Assembly: GCF_009914755.1 (NCBI RefSeq)
Contig: NC_060929.1
Reading direction: 5' to 3' (one strand)
Length of the DNA: 64,000 nucleotides
From: the human T2T-CHM13v2.0 reference genome, Homo sapiens
This document shows, in pieces, positions 1 through 14,935 of the stretch. Position 1 is the stretch's first letter. Each line of letters begins with the position of its first letter. Below the pieces are notes generated by a model. That model was not told where the DNA came from, did not search any database, and saw only the letters and a program-made list of their open reading frames with translations. The position numbers and the translations under genes were made by a program.

Positions 1-334
1 TTCCATTGTAGGTACAGCTAAAAAATGCTATGGTTTATTTAATACTTATTGTTGGACATCTGAATTTATATGGCTTTTTAATTTCTTTTTTTAGTATTTT
101 AAGTTTTTATTATTTCTTTTTAAAAAGACCATTAATGTACCATTAGTTTTGAAAAAATTAGATGTATGTCCAATGATGTACGAAGGATTTTTTATTTTTA
201 AACTTTTAAATCTTTGTAACTTTTCTAAAAACAAGTAGGATTTTTTCTAATACATATTGTTTAAAAAGTATGACACAACAAGTAAAAAAGAAATTGCTTG
301 TAATTTCAGTCTCCATAGAATAACACTGTTAACA

Positions 335-490
335 TTTTAATGATTCTGCTTTCAGCATCAGCTTCACCTGAGAACTTGTTCAAAATGCAGATTTTCAGCC
401 TCTACCCCAGGCTTACTGAATCGACAGTCTATGTTTTAACAAGGTCTTCAGGTGATTCTGATCCATGCTGACGCTTGAGAACACTACTGT
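335..490. mobile_element. MER5A-like hAT-Charlie fossil
   Basis: cagcatcagcttcacctgagaacttgtt..aatgcagatt...tgttttaacaag...caggtgattctgat motif. Confidence 0.7.
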
Positions 491-528
491 AGGCTTTGGA
501 GAAGAATCTTACAAAGAGAGACCTGATC

Positions 529-833
529 GGCCGGGCGCGGTGGCTCACGCCTGTAATCCCAGCACTTTGGGAGGCTGACGCGGGCGGATGGTGATGTCAG
601 GAGATCGAGACCATCCTGGCTAACACGGTGAAACCCCGTCTCTACTATACTAAAAAAAAAAAAAAAAATTAGCCGGGCGTGGTGGCGGGAGCCTGTAGTC
701 CCAGCTACTGGGGAGGCTGAGGCAGGAGAATGGCGTGAACTTGGGAGGCGGAGCTTTCAGTGAGCCGAGATTGCGCCACTGCTCTCCAGCCTGGGCGACA
801 GAGCGAGACTCCGTCTCAAAAAAAAAAAAAAAA
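529..833 (+). mobile_element. AluY, full length, CpG-rich
   Basis: Y-type motifs gagatcgagaccatcctggctaacacgg and aatggcgtgaac. TSD AGAGACCTGATC at 517-528 and 834-845. Confidence 0.93.
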
Positions 834-1685
834 AGAGACCTGATCACAGCTGTGCCTTAAAAAGGCTGCTCTGACAGCTCTGTGCAAGGTTGAGCCACTT
901 AGGAAATTATTTTCATAGTTTAGGTAGGGTTAATAACAAGATAGTGGCAGTAAGAATATGAAAGAGATAGCTGTAAGAGAGCTAATAGAGGTAGAATCAC
1001 CAGAAATCCATAACTGGGAATGTGAAGGAAGAGGTGCTAAGGATTTGAGCTGGAGGAGAAAGAGAAGGCTAATGCCATTTAACTGAGAGAATACAAGGCA
1101 AAGAATAGGCTTTATTGGTACAAAATGTTAGTTCAGTTCTGGACATTTAGATGTATGGTACCTGTCATACAGATGTAAAGCATCCATCAGTTGGTTGGAA
1201 AAGTGAGTCTGAAGTTTGCAAGTGAAGTTAGGATTCGAGACATGTCATTGGAAATTAACTGCTCAAGGGTAGTTGTTGAATTGTGAGACCGGAAGCCTGA
1301 GAAATAAGGATAAGATTAAAAAAGGATTATTGAAGGACTAAAACAGTAGCAATGGATGGAAAGAGAATTGGAATCCTGGAAAAATCACAGGTAGTCTCCA
1401 ATGAGAGTTCTTAAATGGAAGAGATGGTGCCCTGAAGTTTATAGTAGACATTTTGATGGGCATATTCACATTCAGTAAAGGAAGTTATCACTGAGCAAAT
1501 TTGTTTTCTATTCCACAAATGTAAAACACTCTGGAATATTTTGAAAATAATACAGTCACCTTCATGCCCCCACATCTACTTACCAAAGCCTTTCAAACTC
1601 CAACATAGTCTATTATTTTGAAGGTCAGATACTAAGGCTATTTATTAAAAGGAATTCTGGGGTTTGGGGGCGATTTCTTTGTTTC

Positions 1686-2042
<357 letters not shown>

Positions 2043-2896
2043 TGACAGGTTTTCCTTTTAATGTATTTACAGATTACTTTTCTTATAGGGGAACGTTCCA
2101 TTTAGTTACAAAGTTGCAAATGTTCAAATATTTTGTCTTGCATTCAGGAAACCTGATTGGCCAAAGAACTATGCTAGGAGCTAGAATGGAATGCCTCAGT
2201 AAATGGAAAATAATATAAATTATTATTAAGTAGCATGCAATAAGAGCCAAAGTTCACAAATGTAATGGCAGAAAAACTGGTAGAAAATGAAAATTTCCAA
2301 CATTCTTTGAGAAAAAATGATCAAGAAAGGTATTACATGGGAAAGAAGAAAAGCATCAAAAGTCAAGAAATAGTGAACATACAGTCATTTGAATGTATGC
2401 TAATTGTAAATTAGTATACTAGCAGAATATACTTAAATGTGGTATATAAAAGCTTGAATGTTGAAGTTGTTAAATAGATTATGTGTTAATTTGGTGTTTT
2501 TTATGGTCATGTTGGTGCACGCTTAAGAGACATGGATTCTAAACACATAAGTAGCTTTTGTAACTTGAGCAAGTCTCTGGGTCTCACTTGTTTTATCTGA
2601 AAAATGAGAATAATTTGCATTGTTGGTTTTTAGGTTTGAAATAATGAATGTATCTTAAATGTGTTTATAATACCTTGCACAGAGACTCCCCATAATCACC
2701 ATTATCTCAAAATATCACTATTATTATTTGGCCATGATTTATTTATTAATAATGAATAATAGGTAATATATATAAGGTGCGTGCTTTGAGAGTGATCTGA
2801 ATTTTTTTCTCAGCATACTTAAATGTCAAGAAATACAGAATCATGTCTTGAAGTTATTTAGAATTTCATGTTAATATATTGTGTTCTTTTTAACAG

Positions 2897-2981
2897 GAAG
2901 TACTTAAACAACTACAAGGAAGTATTGAAGATGAAGCTATGGCTTCTTCTGGACAGATTGATTTATTAGAGCGTCTTAAAG
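2897..2981 (+). CDS. APC: APC coding exon 2 (c.136-220, 85 nt): EVLKQLQGSIEDEAMASSGQIDLLERLK; N-terminal coiled coil and start of leucine-rich NES1
   Basis: Acceptor tctttttaacag|GAAGTA and donor AAAG|gtagat. The translation matches the human APC N-terminus. Confidence 0.98.
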
Positions 2982-3759
2982 GTAGATTTTAAAAAGGTGT
3001 TTTAAAATAATTTTTTAAGCTCAAATTGTCATCTTTAGGTGTGTAGATCCAAGTACAGCTTCTCTCGATTTGGGTGTTGGTATCAGTTTTCTTGGTATGT
3101 TAGCCTTACCCTCAGGATGTAATTGTTAAAGTACAAATAAATAAAAAATGTATTTGTGTGTCATTTCTTCAGTTAAACATTTAACTGGCTTTGAATGAAC
3201 TATTTTAAATCCCTCCCTTAAATAATTTTCGGCTCTTTGTAAAGCTTGTTGCTATTCTGCCAGTCACTAAATAGGGCTTTAGTATTCTATATGCCATAGA
3301 CTTGAGCCTACTGTTTCATTGGAAGAAGTATTGTCTTCTTCATTCAGGATAGAAATACTTTAACCTTTTCACATATATAAGTTGATTATAATTCATTTTT
3401 AGCAGTTTTAAAAGGATATCTTTCTCATTCTGTTGCTTGAAAATTCCAGTGTCAGAACAGAGAAAGTGCTTGATAATAATTGAAGCCAGACAGAGAAATT
3501 ACTTTTGGATTCTAAAATATTATTTAGAGGAAGTCTAAGGAAGTACATTTTATCTAATTTTCCTTTAACACACTCCTTATTTTTACCCTGACCCAAGTGG
3601 ACTTTTCAGGGAAAGTCCTAAATAATTTTTGTTTTCAGTCATGTATATTTGTGGTTAAAATGTAAACCTAATATTTCACTTTAAAATAATATAACATTAA
3701 GAATATTTTAGACTGCTTAAAGCAATTGTTGTATAAAAACTTGTTTCTATTTTATTTAG

Positions 3760-3961
3760 AGCTTAACTTAGATAGCAGTAATTTCCCTGGAGTAAAACTG
3801 CGGTCAAAAATGTCCCTCCGTTCTTATGGAAGCCGGGAAGGATCTGTATCAAGCCGTTCTGGAGAGTGCAGTCCTGTTCCTATGGGTTCATTTCCAAGAA
3901 GAGGGTTTGTAAATGGAAGCAGAGAAAGTACTGGATATTTAGAAGAACTTGAGAAAGAGAG
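3760..3961 (+). CDS. APC: APC coding exon 3 (c.221-422, 202 nt): ELNLDSSNFPGVKLRSK...YLEELEKER
   Basis: tttatttag|AGCTT ... GAGAG|gtaact. ORF 3726..3965 contains the APC peptide. Confidence 0.98.
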
Positions 3962-4100
3962 GTAACTTTTCTTCATATAGTAAACATTGCCTTGTGTACT
4001 CCAGTTTATTGTTATTTTGTAATATAATATTTAAATTGTGAATTTATAGTAGGTGATAGCTAACACTTAGAGCATTTTGCATTTTTAAACTCAAAGATAG

Positions 4101-4454
<354 letters not shown>

Positions 4455-4513
4455 TAATACACATAATTATTATATTTATACGTAGTTAAAATGTGTAACT
4501 TGCCAGATACTTT

Positions 4514-4955
<442 letters not shown>

Positions 4956-5084
4956 GTAGTAACTGGATTTTTATTGAATTTCTGATTATCTATTGAAGTA
5001 TATTCAGTAACTACTAGATTCAGTAAAAGATGACTCTTTTCATTATGGAAGGCCCACTACAAGTGGCCACAAATGAAATACTTC

Positions 5085-5590
5085 TTTTTTTTTTTTTTTT
5101 TACTTTATAAATAATAATTGTACATTTCATGGGGTACATAGTGATGTTTCTACACATATAATTTATTGCAGTCAGGTTAGCATATCTGTCATCTCAGACA
5201 TTTATTATTTCTTCGTGTTAGGAACATTCACTGTCTACCATCTAGCTATTTGAAACTATGTAATATTGTTAACTGTGCTCATCCTATGGTAGCGTAGAAC
5301 ACAGCCCTGTACAGTAGCGTAGAACACAGTCCTGTACAGTAGCGTAGAACACAGTCCTGTACAGTAGCGTAGAACACAGTCCTGTACAGTAGCGTAGAAC
5401 ACAGTCCTGTACAGTAGCGTAGAACACAGTCTTATACAGTAGTGTAGAACACAGTCCTATACAGTAGTGTAGAACACTAGAACTTATTCCTCCTATCTAG
5501 CTGTAATTTTATATTCTTTAACAAATCTCTCTTTATCTCTTCTTTCCCTCTGTGTTTCCTAGCCTCTAGTATTTACTTTTTACTTCTGTT
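5085..5590 (-). mobile_element. L1MA-type 3' end that hosts the minisatellite
   Basis: T-tail, then aataattgtacatttcatggggtacatagtgatg...tagaacttattcctcctatctagctgt. Confidence 0.75.
5289..5477. repeat. Minisatellite, 25-bp unit GTAGCGTAGAACACAGTCCTGTACA, ~7.6 copies
   Basis: Head-to-tail units start at 5289, 5314, 5339, 5364, 5389, 5414 and 5439, with a partial unit at 5464. Confidence 0.95.
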
Positions 5591-5602
5591 AGTAAAAAGT
5601 AA

Positions 5603-5611
5603 ATTTTTCTT

Positions 5612-5642
<31 letters not shown>

Positions 5643-5922
5643 GAGATAAGAGTCTTCCTGTCGCCCAGGCTAGAGTGCAGTGGCGCAATCTTGGCTCCTG
5701 CAACCTCCACCTCCTAGGTTCAAGCAATTCTCATGTCTCAGCCTCCCGGGTAGCTGGGATTACAGGCACGCCCCACCGCGTCCGGCTAATTTTTGTATTT
5801 TTAGTAGAGATGGGATTTCACCATGTTGGCCAGGCTGGTCTCGATCTCCTGACCTCAGGTGATCTGCCTGCCTTGGCCTCCCAAAGTTTTGGGATTACAG
5901 GCATGAGCCACTGCGCCTGGCC
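5603..5922 (-). mobile_element. Alu (S-like)
   Basis: Full antisense Alu with long T tail. Confidence 0.9.
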
Positions 5923-8900
5923 AACAAAACATTTCTTAATGTATAAGTTTTAATACCTGAAAAAAAATTGCTTGATGTATGGAATGAGTTCTGATTTTTC
6001 ACAGCTAGTGTATTAATTCTTCTCTTCCTAAAGTTAACATTATCTCACTGCAGATACCAAAATATAGATCATTATCAGGAACTTCGTCAAATTTTTTTGT
6101 CCCCTAAAAGATTCCTTAATGCACATATTAAGGAATATCTTTATTATCTTTATATTTCTAAAAGTTCTATTAGACATTCAGAAAATGGTAAAATATATAA
6201 AAGCTTCATATTATCTCTGTGACCTTGGTTAAGTCATTAAATTTTTGTACCATTTTCTTCTGTAAGATAAAGATATGGTTCTACTTTGTGGCATTGTTGT
6301 GAAAATTGAATATTAGTATATAGGAAATGCCCAGCATATCTCCCTGAGAGGCAGAAGACCTTTTATAACTTTCTCTCCAGTTTCATATATGCCCATTTAT
6401 AAAAATAGGGATAATTATCTGGACGAGAAATGATGTTTCACTGTCTTTTATTTCTTAAGTTTACATAAGTCTCTGTTTCATACATTGATCCTAGACTATT
6501 GAAACACCATCTTGAAAAATAAGGAGTGAACTTGGGTCCATAATCTTCCATCTCTTTTTCCCCTTTGAGCTCTATTAAGAGGCAGAGGGCATGCATACTA
6601 ACCTTTCCTTACTTGCTTTCTTTTCCTTACTTTGCTTTATGTAGGCAAAGTCCTGATTTTATTAGCAGAGAGAGGGAATTTCAGAGAAAAATATTAATTT
6701 TTGAAATAAGTTTTACTGCAAATACTAGTAAACCTAACAAATACAGCTGTAAGTGGTAAGGAATACTTGTAATAAAAATGTTCTTAGTTTCTGTCTTGAC
6801 ATTATTTCTTGCTAGTCTTCCAGAGTTCTTTGCATCTAAATCTAGGAAAAGCTTATTTCTCTGTTCAAAGACTTAAATGCAATGATCCCCATGTTTTATT
6901 TATTATATAATACCACTGTAAGTAACTTTAAGCTAGTATTCTGACTTTTAACTCCAAGTGGAAAATACATTTCTTTTTAAAAATATTTAAAGGTGCTTTA
7001 GCCTTTTCTGTTGTTACTGTAGAAAAGACGTCTTGTTTTTGTTTTCGTTTTTCTCCCAAAATATGGCCCAACTTCTAATTCAGGCTTTATTACACTCTAT
7101 AAAAAGTTGCTTTATCTGGAGAGAAAGAGGTATCAACATGGTGTTGTTAGAAGGTTCTCAACTCTCACTGATCATTAGTATCACTAGTTTAGCTTTATAA
7201 AGCATCATAAATGAAAAGTATCAGTATTCCTTTGCTATGTTCAGTCTCATTTCCCATGAGATAGTTACTTCTATAACTCTAAATAATATGTTTATATTGC
7301 TAGTATTGGACATGACTTACTGACTCACCACTCTGAAAGATGAAGATTTGTTAAATTCACTCAATTATCCATCCAGTTTTTAATTCTGTACCAATTCTTT
7401 GGTCGAATTTGTATACATATACACATAAGCAAATACACATACATATATATAAGTTCTATTTCTTGTTCTTTCCTGTGAGTGACTGTGTCTACTGAAGCCC
7501 CGCTGTATAAGATTTGGCAACTGTGTGTTTACCTTTATTTTGTTAAGACTGTTAACAGTTACATCATACTATATATATTTAAGTCTTCATGTTTTTTTAT
7601 TCTGTAAATTAAGCATAATGTTGATGTGAAATAAGTGGGTTTTTTTAGGACTCTGTAGTCGTTGGACACTGTGAGTCAGTAGTATGCCAGAATTAATTTT
7701 TGCTCCCTATTGATAGAATATCATACTCTTTGTGCTGTTTAAAGGAAGATGATGCTATTTGGACTGTGTCTTTCTTATATAGCTCTTTGTTTTTGTCTCA
7801 AGTTTCTAATTGCCTTTCTTTTATGTTTTCGGGAGCAGAAACTTGTGCCTTTATGATAATATGAGGATCTAGTTTCATTTTATTCATAAATAAATTTTTA
7901 TTGGAGCCAATGAATTTTTCTGATCTAATTTATACCATTTGCTTCCTGAGCCTGCTACAAGACTGTCATACCACTGTTGTCATTATGCTTCCCATTTAGG
8001 TCTAATATGTTTGGGTGTTCTTGACTCTTGCTGTGTTGGAGAGAGATAAATTGATTTCTTGCTTGTGTGATAGTATACTTATTTTGCTCTCACACTTGAT
8101 TGATAGTTCAGGTAGGTTTAGGTTCAAACTCATTTTTCTTCATTATCAAGGTACCAATGAGAAATTTGATACCAGTCTGAATCTTATTCCTTTGTAGATG
8201 GCCATTTTTCCTCTTTGGAAGCTTTTGAATGTTTTGGTATGCATATTTTCCTCATTCATCATGCTGAATATTTACTGTACCCTTTTGATCTGGAAATTTA
8301 TTTATTCAGCTTTTTTCTGTTATATTACTTCTTTGATGATTTTCCCCTTTAGTTTTTTCTGTTCTTTCTTTCTAGACCTTCTTAAAGTCATAGTTTATAT
8401 CTTCTTCCTTTATCTGTACTCCTCAAGATAAATGCTAGAAGTTGGTTAAGCCAGGACTTAAACCCAGCTTGTAGCTTTATAAGCTGGGTTTTGAACCTCA
8501 GTTTTCTAGTTAGTAAAGTGATCATGAGAATAACGACCTCAAAGGATATCATGAGGATTAAATTAGATTTTTTTAAAGTCCTTAGCACTATGCCCAGTAT
8601 ATACAGCATTCAATAATGTTAGGAATTGTTGCTGTCATGTTCACTATTAATTTATTTAACAAATATTTATTGAATGCTAATACAAATGTGCCATGCTCTT
8701 CTAGGTGACCCCCAGTAAGGTAGAGGACTAAGAAGACATGAGATTTATGTGAAAAAGCATTTTTAAAGAAGACCATTGGCAATCACAAAATAGGCCTTTA
8801 GTACACTAAACCCTAATGACTCTGCCTGTTCTGAGTCTAGCCTTAGTTTCAGTTCTGAGCCTTATGAACTGCTGTTGTGTGAGTCACAAGGTCAACTACC

Positions 8901-9087
8901 ATAATTTAATCACTTGCTATCATTTTAGCTGAAGACACTATAACCTTGGCTTCCCCAGAGTATTTTACTACAGGTTAATCTTAAACTTGATAGTAGCAAA
9001 TTGTCCCTAGTGTCCCTAACCTCCCCCTTACTTCAACACTGCCACTGACATTGGCCTGTCAATTTAAGCACTTTTAATGCCCAGCTC

Positions 9088-9388
<301 letters not shown>

Positions 9389-9988
9389 CAACTCTTATTT
9401 CATAAGTTCATTTATTAGGAAGTAATGGAGGAAATAGTAGCATCACCATCTATTTTATTCTTTTTCCCACCTTGGACCTGGTAGGTCCTGCAGGTCCTCA
9501 CTAGGGAAAACTGAAAAATAGAATTAAATCTCATCTTTATGGGAGTTGTGGTACCCAGCTGTGAATGGAGTTCAGGCTTTCTGCAGTGCTTTCTCCTGTT
9601 CCTGTTGTCAGAAATCGGAGGGAGAGAGCAGCTTGTCTTTAGTGTGCCTTTTCTGAGGGATGCTACATCATAAGCAGGGGCTTCCTTTCTTCCCAATCAG
9701 TCCATCACTATTAAGGTTGCCACATAAGAACAAAAGCTCATTTCTTATTTTTTAAGTTGCTTCTCAGTAAAGGAAAATACATTTTAGCAAGAACAGAACC
9801 TTCCACATACTCACTACTAAGATTCATTCCCATATTTCCTAAGAAACAATAATCAAGCAGAACTTTTAAAGTAATAGTATCAGAGTGGGGAACGTCTCTC
9901 TGTATGACCAAACTCCAGAATCTGTAATAGAAAATATCTACAAATCGGACTGCATGGAAATCAAAATTTTCTACATGGCAAAACGTTA

Positions 9989-10276
9989 CAGTTGACCCTT
10001 GAACAATTCAGGGATTGGCGTACCCACCCACTACGTGCAGTCAAAAATATATATATAACTTTTGACTGCCCGAAAACTTTACTGATTGCCTGTCTATTGA
10101 CCTGAAGCCTTACTGATAACATAAACAGTCAAGTAACAAATATTTTGTATGTTATATGTATTATATACTATGTTAAGTTAGAGAAAACATGTTATTAAGA
10201 AAATCATAATGAAGTGGAAGGGAATTCTTGTATAAGTGGACCCATGCAGTTCACACCCATATTCAAGGGTCAACTG
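9989..10276. mobile_element. Tigger2-family (MER28/MER8-like) non-autonomous DNA transposon
   Basis: Perfect 15-bp TIRs CAGTTGACCCTTGAA / TTCAAGGGTCAACTG, with TA at the left junction. Confidence 0.85.
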
Positions 10277-10813
10277 AGTAAAAAATGTTAAAAAGACAAG
10301 TGTCAAGTTCAGAAAATTATATGCAGCCCAACAACTGACAAAGCACTATCATTTTTAATATAGAAAAGGTCCTACAAATAAGAAAAATCACAGAAAAGGA
10401 AATACAAATGGTTTATAAACTTGAACAAAATGTTTAATCTCACTCATAGTAAGAGAAATCAAATTAAAACCAGTGATACACCATTTAAAAAAACTAGACA
10501 TGAAAAAGCAAAAAGTTGAATTAAACACTTAAATTGGTGATGATGGTAGCATACATTGGTATAACATCTCACAAGGGCAGTAAGTTAAAAATTTATATAT
10601 TCTAGGAATTTCTTTTATATAAATGAGTGTATATGTATTAAATGAGGTATAGCTATAAGGCTATTCAATGCAGCATTGTTTATAATAACAAAAGATTAGA
10701 AAAGCCTTAAGTACCCTCCAACTAAGAGTTGGTTGTAGTGTATCCCTACATAGATTTATGAATACTAGGGAATTCTTGGAATATTATGTAGCTAACAAAA
10801 AAAATACCTAGTA

Positions 10814-11368
<555 letters not shown>

Positions 11369-12201
11369 TGAAAAAAAGTTGCAGGACAACATACACTATA
11401 ATAATATGCTACAATTTATATTTAAAATGTACATATAAGTATGCACATATGTCCTTGTATTTTTATAGAATAGCTCTAGAAGTATACCTAAGAAAATTAT
11501 AACAGTGGTAGCTCTGGCAAAGAGCCACGTGAAAAGAGATAAATTATATACTTTTTGTACCTCTTGAGTTTTATCCCTGTAACACTCTTACTGTGCATTT
11601 ATGTTTATAATGCTCAGGTATACAGTTTCTTAGTACAGATTGCTATGGAGAACACCATCATTTGGTGTTCAGATTCCAAACTAAGAAGTTTTTCTCCGTC
11701 ATAACTTCCTCTTATTTCAAAATGACAGTATATTTCTTATTATTTTGGCTGCTGTGAAGCTGAAAGCCACATCAGTGTCCAAAGTAATAGCTTCTTATAT
11801 TCTGGGTTTGTTTTCTGGGCATCATTGCTGCTTTTCTTATTTCCTTTACTATACTTTTTATTCTTATATTAATTTTGAGTTTTGTTATATGTGTATCTTT
11901 TACCTATCATTATATTCTTAGACTATAAATATGAAGAAAGCCTTTAGTGAAGTGTAAGTATTCTTTTAAGGATGATTACCAGTTTATTTAGAAAAAAAGT
12001 TCTTTTTAATACTCTAATTTTAATGACTGTAATATTCTAAGTCCTACCTTTAAAAATTGAAATCAATGTAAATTTTTTGAGTAATTCATTATTAGCACTT
12101 TAGGTAGAGAAGTTTGCAATAACAACTGATGTAAGTATTGCTCTTCTGCAGTCTTTATTAGCATTGTTTAAACGTACCTTTTTTTAAAAAAAAAAAAATA
12201 G

Positions 12202-12310
12202 GTCATTGCTTCTTGCTGATCTTGACAAAGAAGAAAAGGAAAAAGACTGGTATTACGCTCAACTTCAGAATCTCACTAAAAGAATAGATAGTCTTCCTTT
12301 AACTGAAAAT
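12202..12310 (+). CDS. APC: APC coding exon 4 (c.423-531, 109 nt): SLLLADLDKEEKEKDWYYAQLQNLTKRIDSLPLTEN (includes NES2)
   Basis: Acceptor t7-a13-tag|GTCATT and donor GAAAAT|gtaagt. The frame continues from exon 3. Confidence 0.98.
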
Positions 12311-12471
12311 GTAAGTAACTTGGCAGTACAACTTATTTGAAACTTTAATAACTTGATATTTTAAAGTACCTAGGTAATCCATTAAAATTCAGGATAACTG
12401 AATTTATAGTTATTTGTAAATTGCAATATGTTTTACCCAACTTTAGGCCTGAATATATAATAGTTAATGAA

Positions 12472-14835
12472 TTTTTGTTGGTAAAGATGATAAAACTTTA
12501 TTGTGCTCAAATGTTTTATTTAAAGCTCTTATTTAGAAAATCTATAAAGTTTGAATTCTAGAGGACCTCAGGGTTCAACTAGGCAACTAGTTTTTTAACT
12601 CCGTGTATTGAATTGCCAAACATACTCTATAGAAATATTTATCACCATCTGCCTATTTTTTGTACTGTGTTGCAGGAATCATGCCAAATAGTTTTTGCAA
12701 TAAAAATATCTCTGAAAATATTCTAGATATAAATGCCAATACCTATAGCACGGATATTAGCATTTTTGCAAGCACTAAAGCTGGTTTGTTTTGTCCACCA
12801 GTATTCACAATAAATTAACAGTATGCAGTTGAATAACATTCTGATTTACTACAAAGGGTTATTTTTCTTGGCCTCTGCTGAACCAGTAAAACATATACTG
12901 AAAAGATCGAACCTGCATATAATGAATGTGTTGGAGTAAAGAAAAAACATGCAAGTCAATAGTTTAGATTACAGAAGTTTGTTCACCGATTTATGACAGC
13001 AGGTCCTAAACTGCCAACATCTCTAACCATCTGATTAGGTTTCCATGAGCCAAGTCTTAGATATTCCATGAATCATAACCTTTTAGTCAGTGTAACACAG
13101 GGATTTCAACTTTTTGTTAAGAAATGACTCAACATGGTGGAGGCTTATGCCTGTAACCCCAGCACTTTGGGAGGCTGAGAAAGGTGGATCACTTAAGGCC
13201 AGGAGTTCGAGACCAGCCTGGTCAACATGGTGAAACTCTGTCTCTACTAAAGTAAATACAAAAATTAGCCAGACATGGTGGTGCATGCCTGTAATCTCAG
13301 CTACTTGGGAGGCTGAGGCAGGAAAAGCACTTGAACCTGGGAGGCAGAGGTTGCAATGATCCAAGTTCATGCCACTGCACTCCATCCAGCCTGGGTGACA
13401 GAGCAAGACTCCATCTCAAAACAAAAAGAAAAAATAAAAAAAAAAATAAATGACTCACTAGAGGAATCTTTAAGTGTCCATTTAACTGTCTTGTTTAGCT
13501 AATTAAAATACACTAGGATTTGTCTGGTTTCCTCATCTGGATGTTGCTAGCAATGGTAACATTTTTCATTTTAGAAATTTTGCAAACCATTGCATTTATA
13601 GATATGAATTCTGATATGGCTGCTTTAAAATTATCCAATTTAAATTGTCCAATTAAAATCATTCATTTAACTTGAAATGTATGACTTAAGGAAATTTTTC
13701 AATTTAACTTGAAGTGATTTATTTTTCTTAGATTGTTCAGAATGATGGCATTTCAGAAACATTGGATTACCTGTGATTTTTGTTTTGGTAAATGTTTAAA
13801 AACAATAAAAAAGGAAAACATTTACGTGTGCATTTTCTTTATACACACACACACACGAAAAAAAAACAAGTAAGAAACCCAGAATGGTCCTTAGGCATAT
13901 GAGAACAGAAGTTCTGATTGAGTAATGGCTATGGAAATTTCCCCTAATATATTTAGAAAAGCTGTTCTCTCATGCAGTGGATATAATATACCATGGTATC
14001 TAATTTTTCTTTCTGATGAAGGAAGCAACTACAGAAAGCTTTTATTTATTTGTTCAAAGTGACCAGTGCAATTAATGCAAAAGAAAATCCACAGCAACTC
14101 TCCCAATACTACTTTCAAAACAAACATACCAAACTTGATTTTCATTAAAATGTAGTTATTTCTTCACACTAGTAAATCAAAAACCAAGACCCATATAAAA
14201 CAGGGCGAACAATTACTGTGCTTCATCTTCTGGACAAGAATGCCAAGTTAGTTTCTCTTTTATAAGCAATTACATTTTGAGGACCCTTCATATTTGCCTC
14301 TTTTGCCAGCAGCAACTCTGCCTAATCTGAATCCTTCCATTTCATGAGAAACAGCAGTTCTCCACTGCTGTCTGTGGCACCAATTACTCCTTCAGGATCA
14401 AGTCATCTGGCAAAGCCTTTTAGTTTGTCAGCAGCATCCCTTCTCTTCTTTGATTTACTGTCATCAGATTCACTGTCAGATAAAGATTTTCTGTTTGTGC
14501 CATCTTTTTCTTGACTAGTTTTTTGAGAATTAAGAAATGCTTCAATTAACCCTGAACCATCTAAATTTTCTTTAGGTTCCCAAGTGTTGTCAACATCTGT
14601 AAATCCCTTCTGCTTAAGGAAATATCCCACTTTCCCATTCACTACACATCAGTCTAGTACATTTTCCATCACAGATTCTTCCGGCTCTGCCTCTTCATCT
14701 TTTTTACTCTTTCCATTCTGTTTGTTTCCTATTTTTTGCAATGTAGTTTTATTGGAGGCCATTTTTTATTGCAGACTTGAGGAGCTGATATTCACCACCT
14801 CCAAGCTGCTCTGGGTTATAGGTCTGCAGTGTTCT
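12472..14835 (-). pseudogene. Processed pseudogene of CBX3 (HP1-gamma), antisense in APC intron 4; decayed CDS ~14213-14762 plus 5'UTR and long 3'UTR (3' boundary approximate)
   Basis: The minus strand reads [10 protein letters not shown]...[22 protein letters not shown]...[12 protein letters not shown]...WHSCPEDEAQ* (chromo and chromoshadow domains). It is intronless, has several in-frame stops and a small deletion near the end. There is a minus-strand AATAAA near 12500 and a T-rich remnant near 12472. Probably the annotated CBX3P3 (recalled, not verified). Confidence 0.93.
13132..13447 (+). mobile_element. Alu (S-like) inserted in the CBX3 pseudogene 3'UTR
   Basis: TSD AAATGACTCA at ~13122-13131 and ~13448-13457. 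Confidence 0.9.
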
Positions 14836-14935
14836 GTAAAAAAAAAATTCTAATCCTGTCAGCCTCTCCCTCTCCATGTCAATGATTTTATTCATGGGAT
14901 GGCACATATAAGAATATTTCTCAAATACATTTATA

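Noticed and set aside
5289-5477. CRISPR-like array of ~25-bp repeats
   Set aside because: The units are head-to-tail with no unique spacers, there are no cas genes, and the array lies in a human L1 fragment. It is a minisatellite.
14403-14642. 79-aa chromodomain-like ORF as a functional HP1 protein
   Set aside because: It is a fragment between in-frame stops of a decayed retrocopy. It starts at a non-ATG codon and the conserved KWKG is changed to KQKG.
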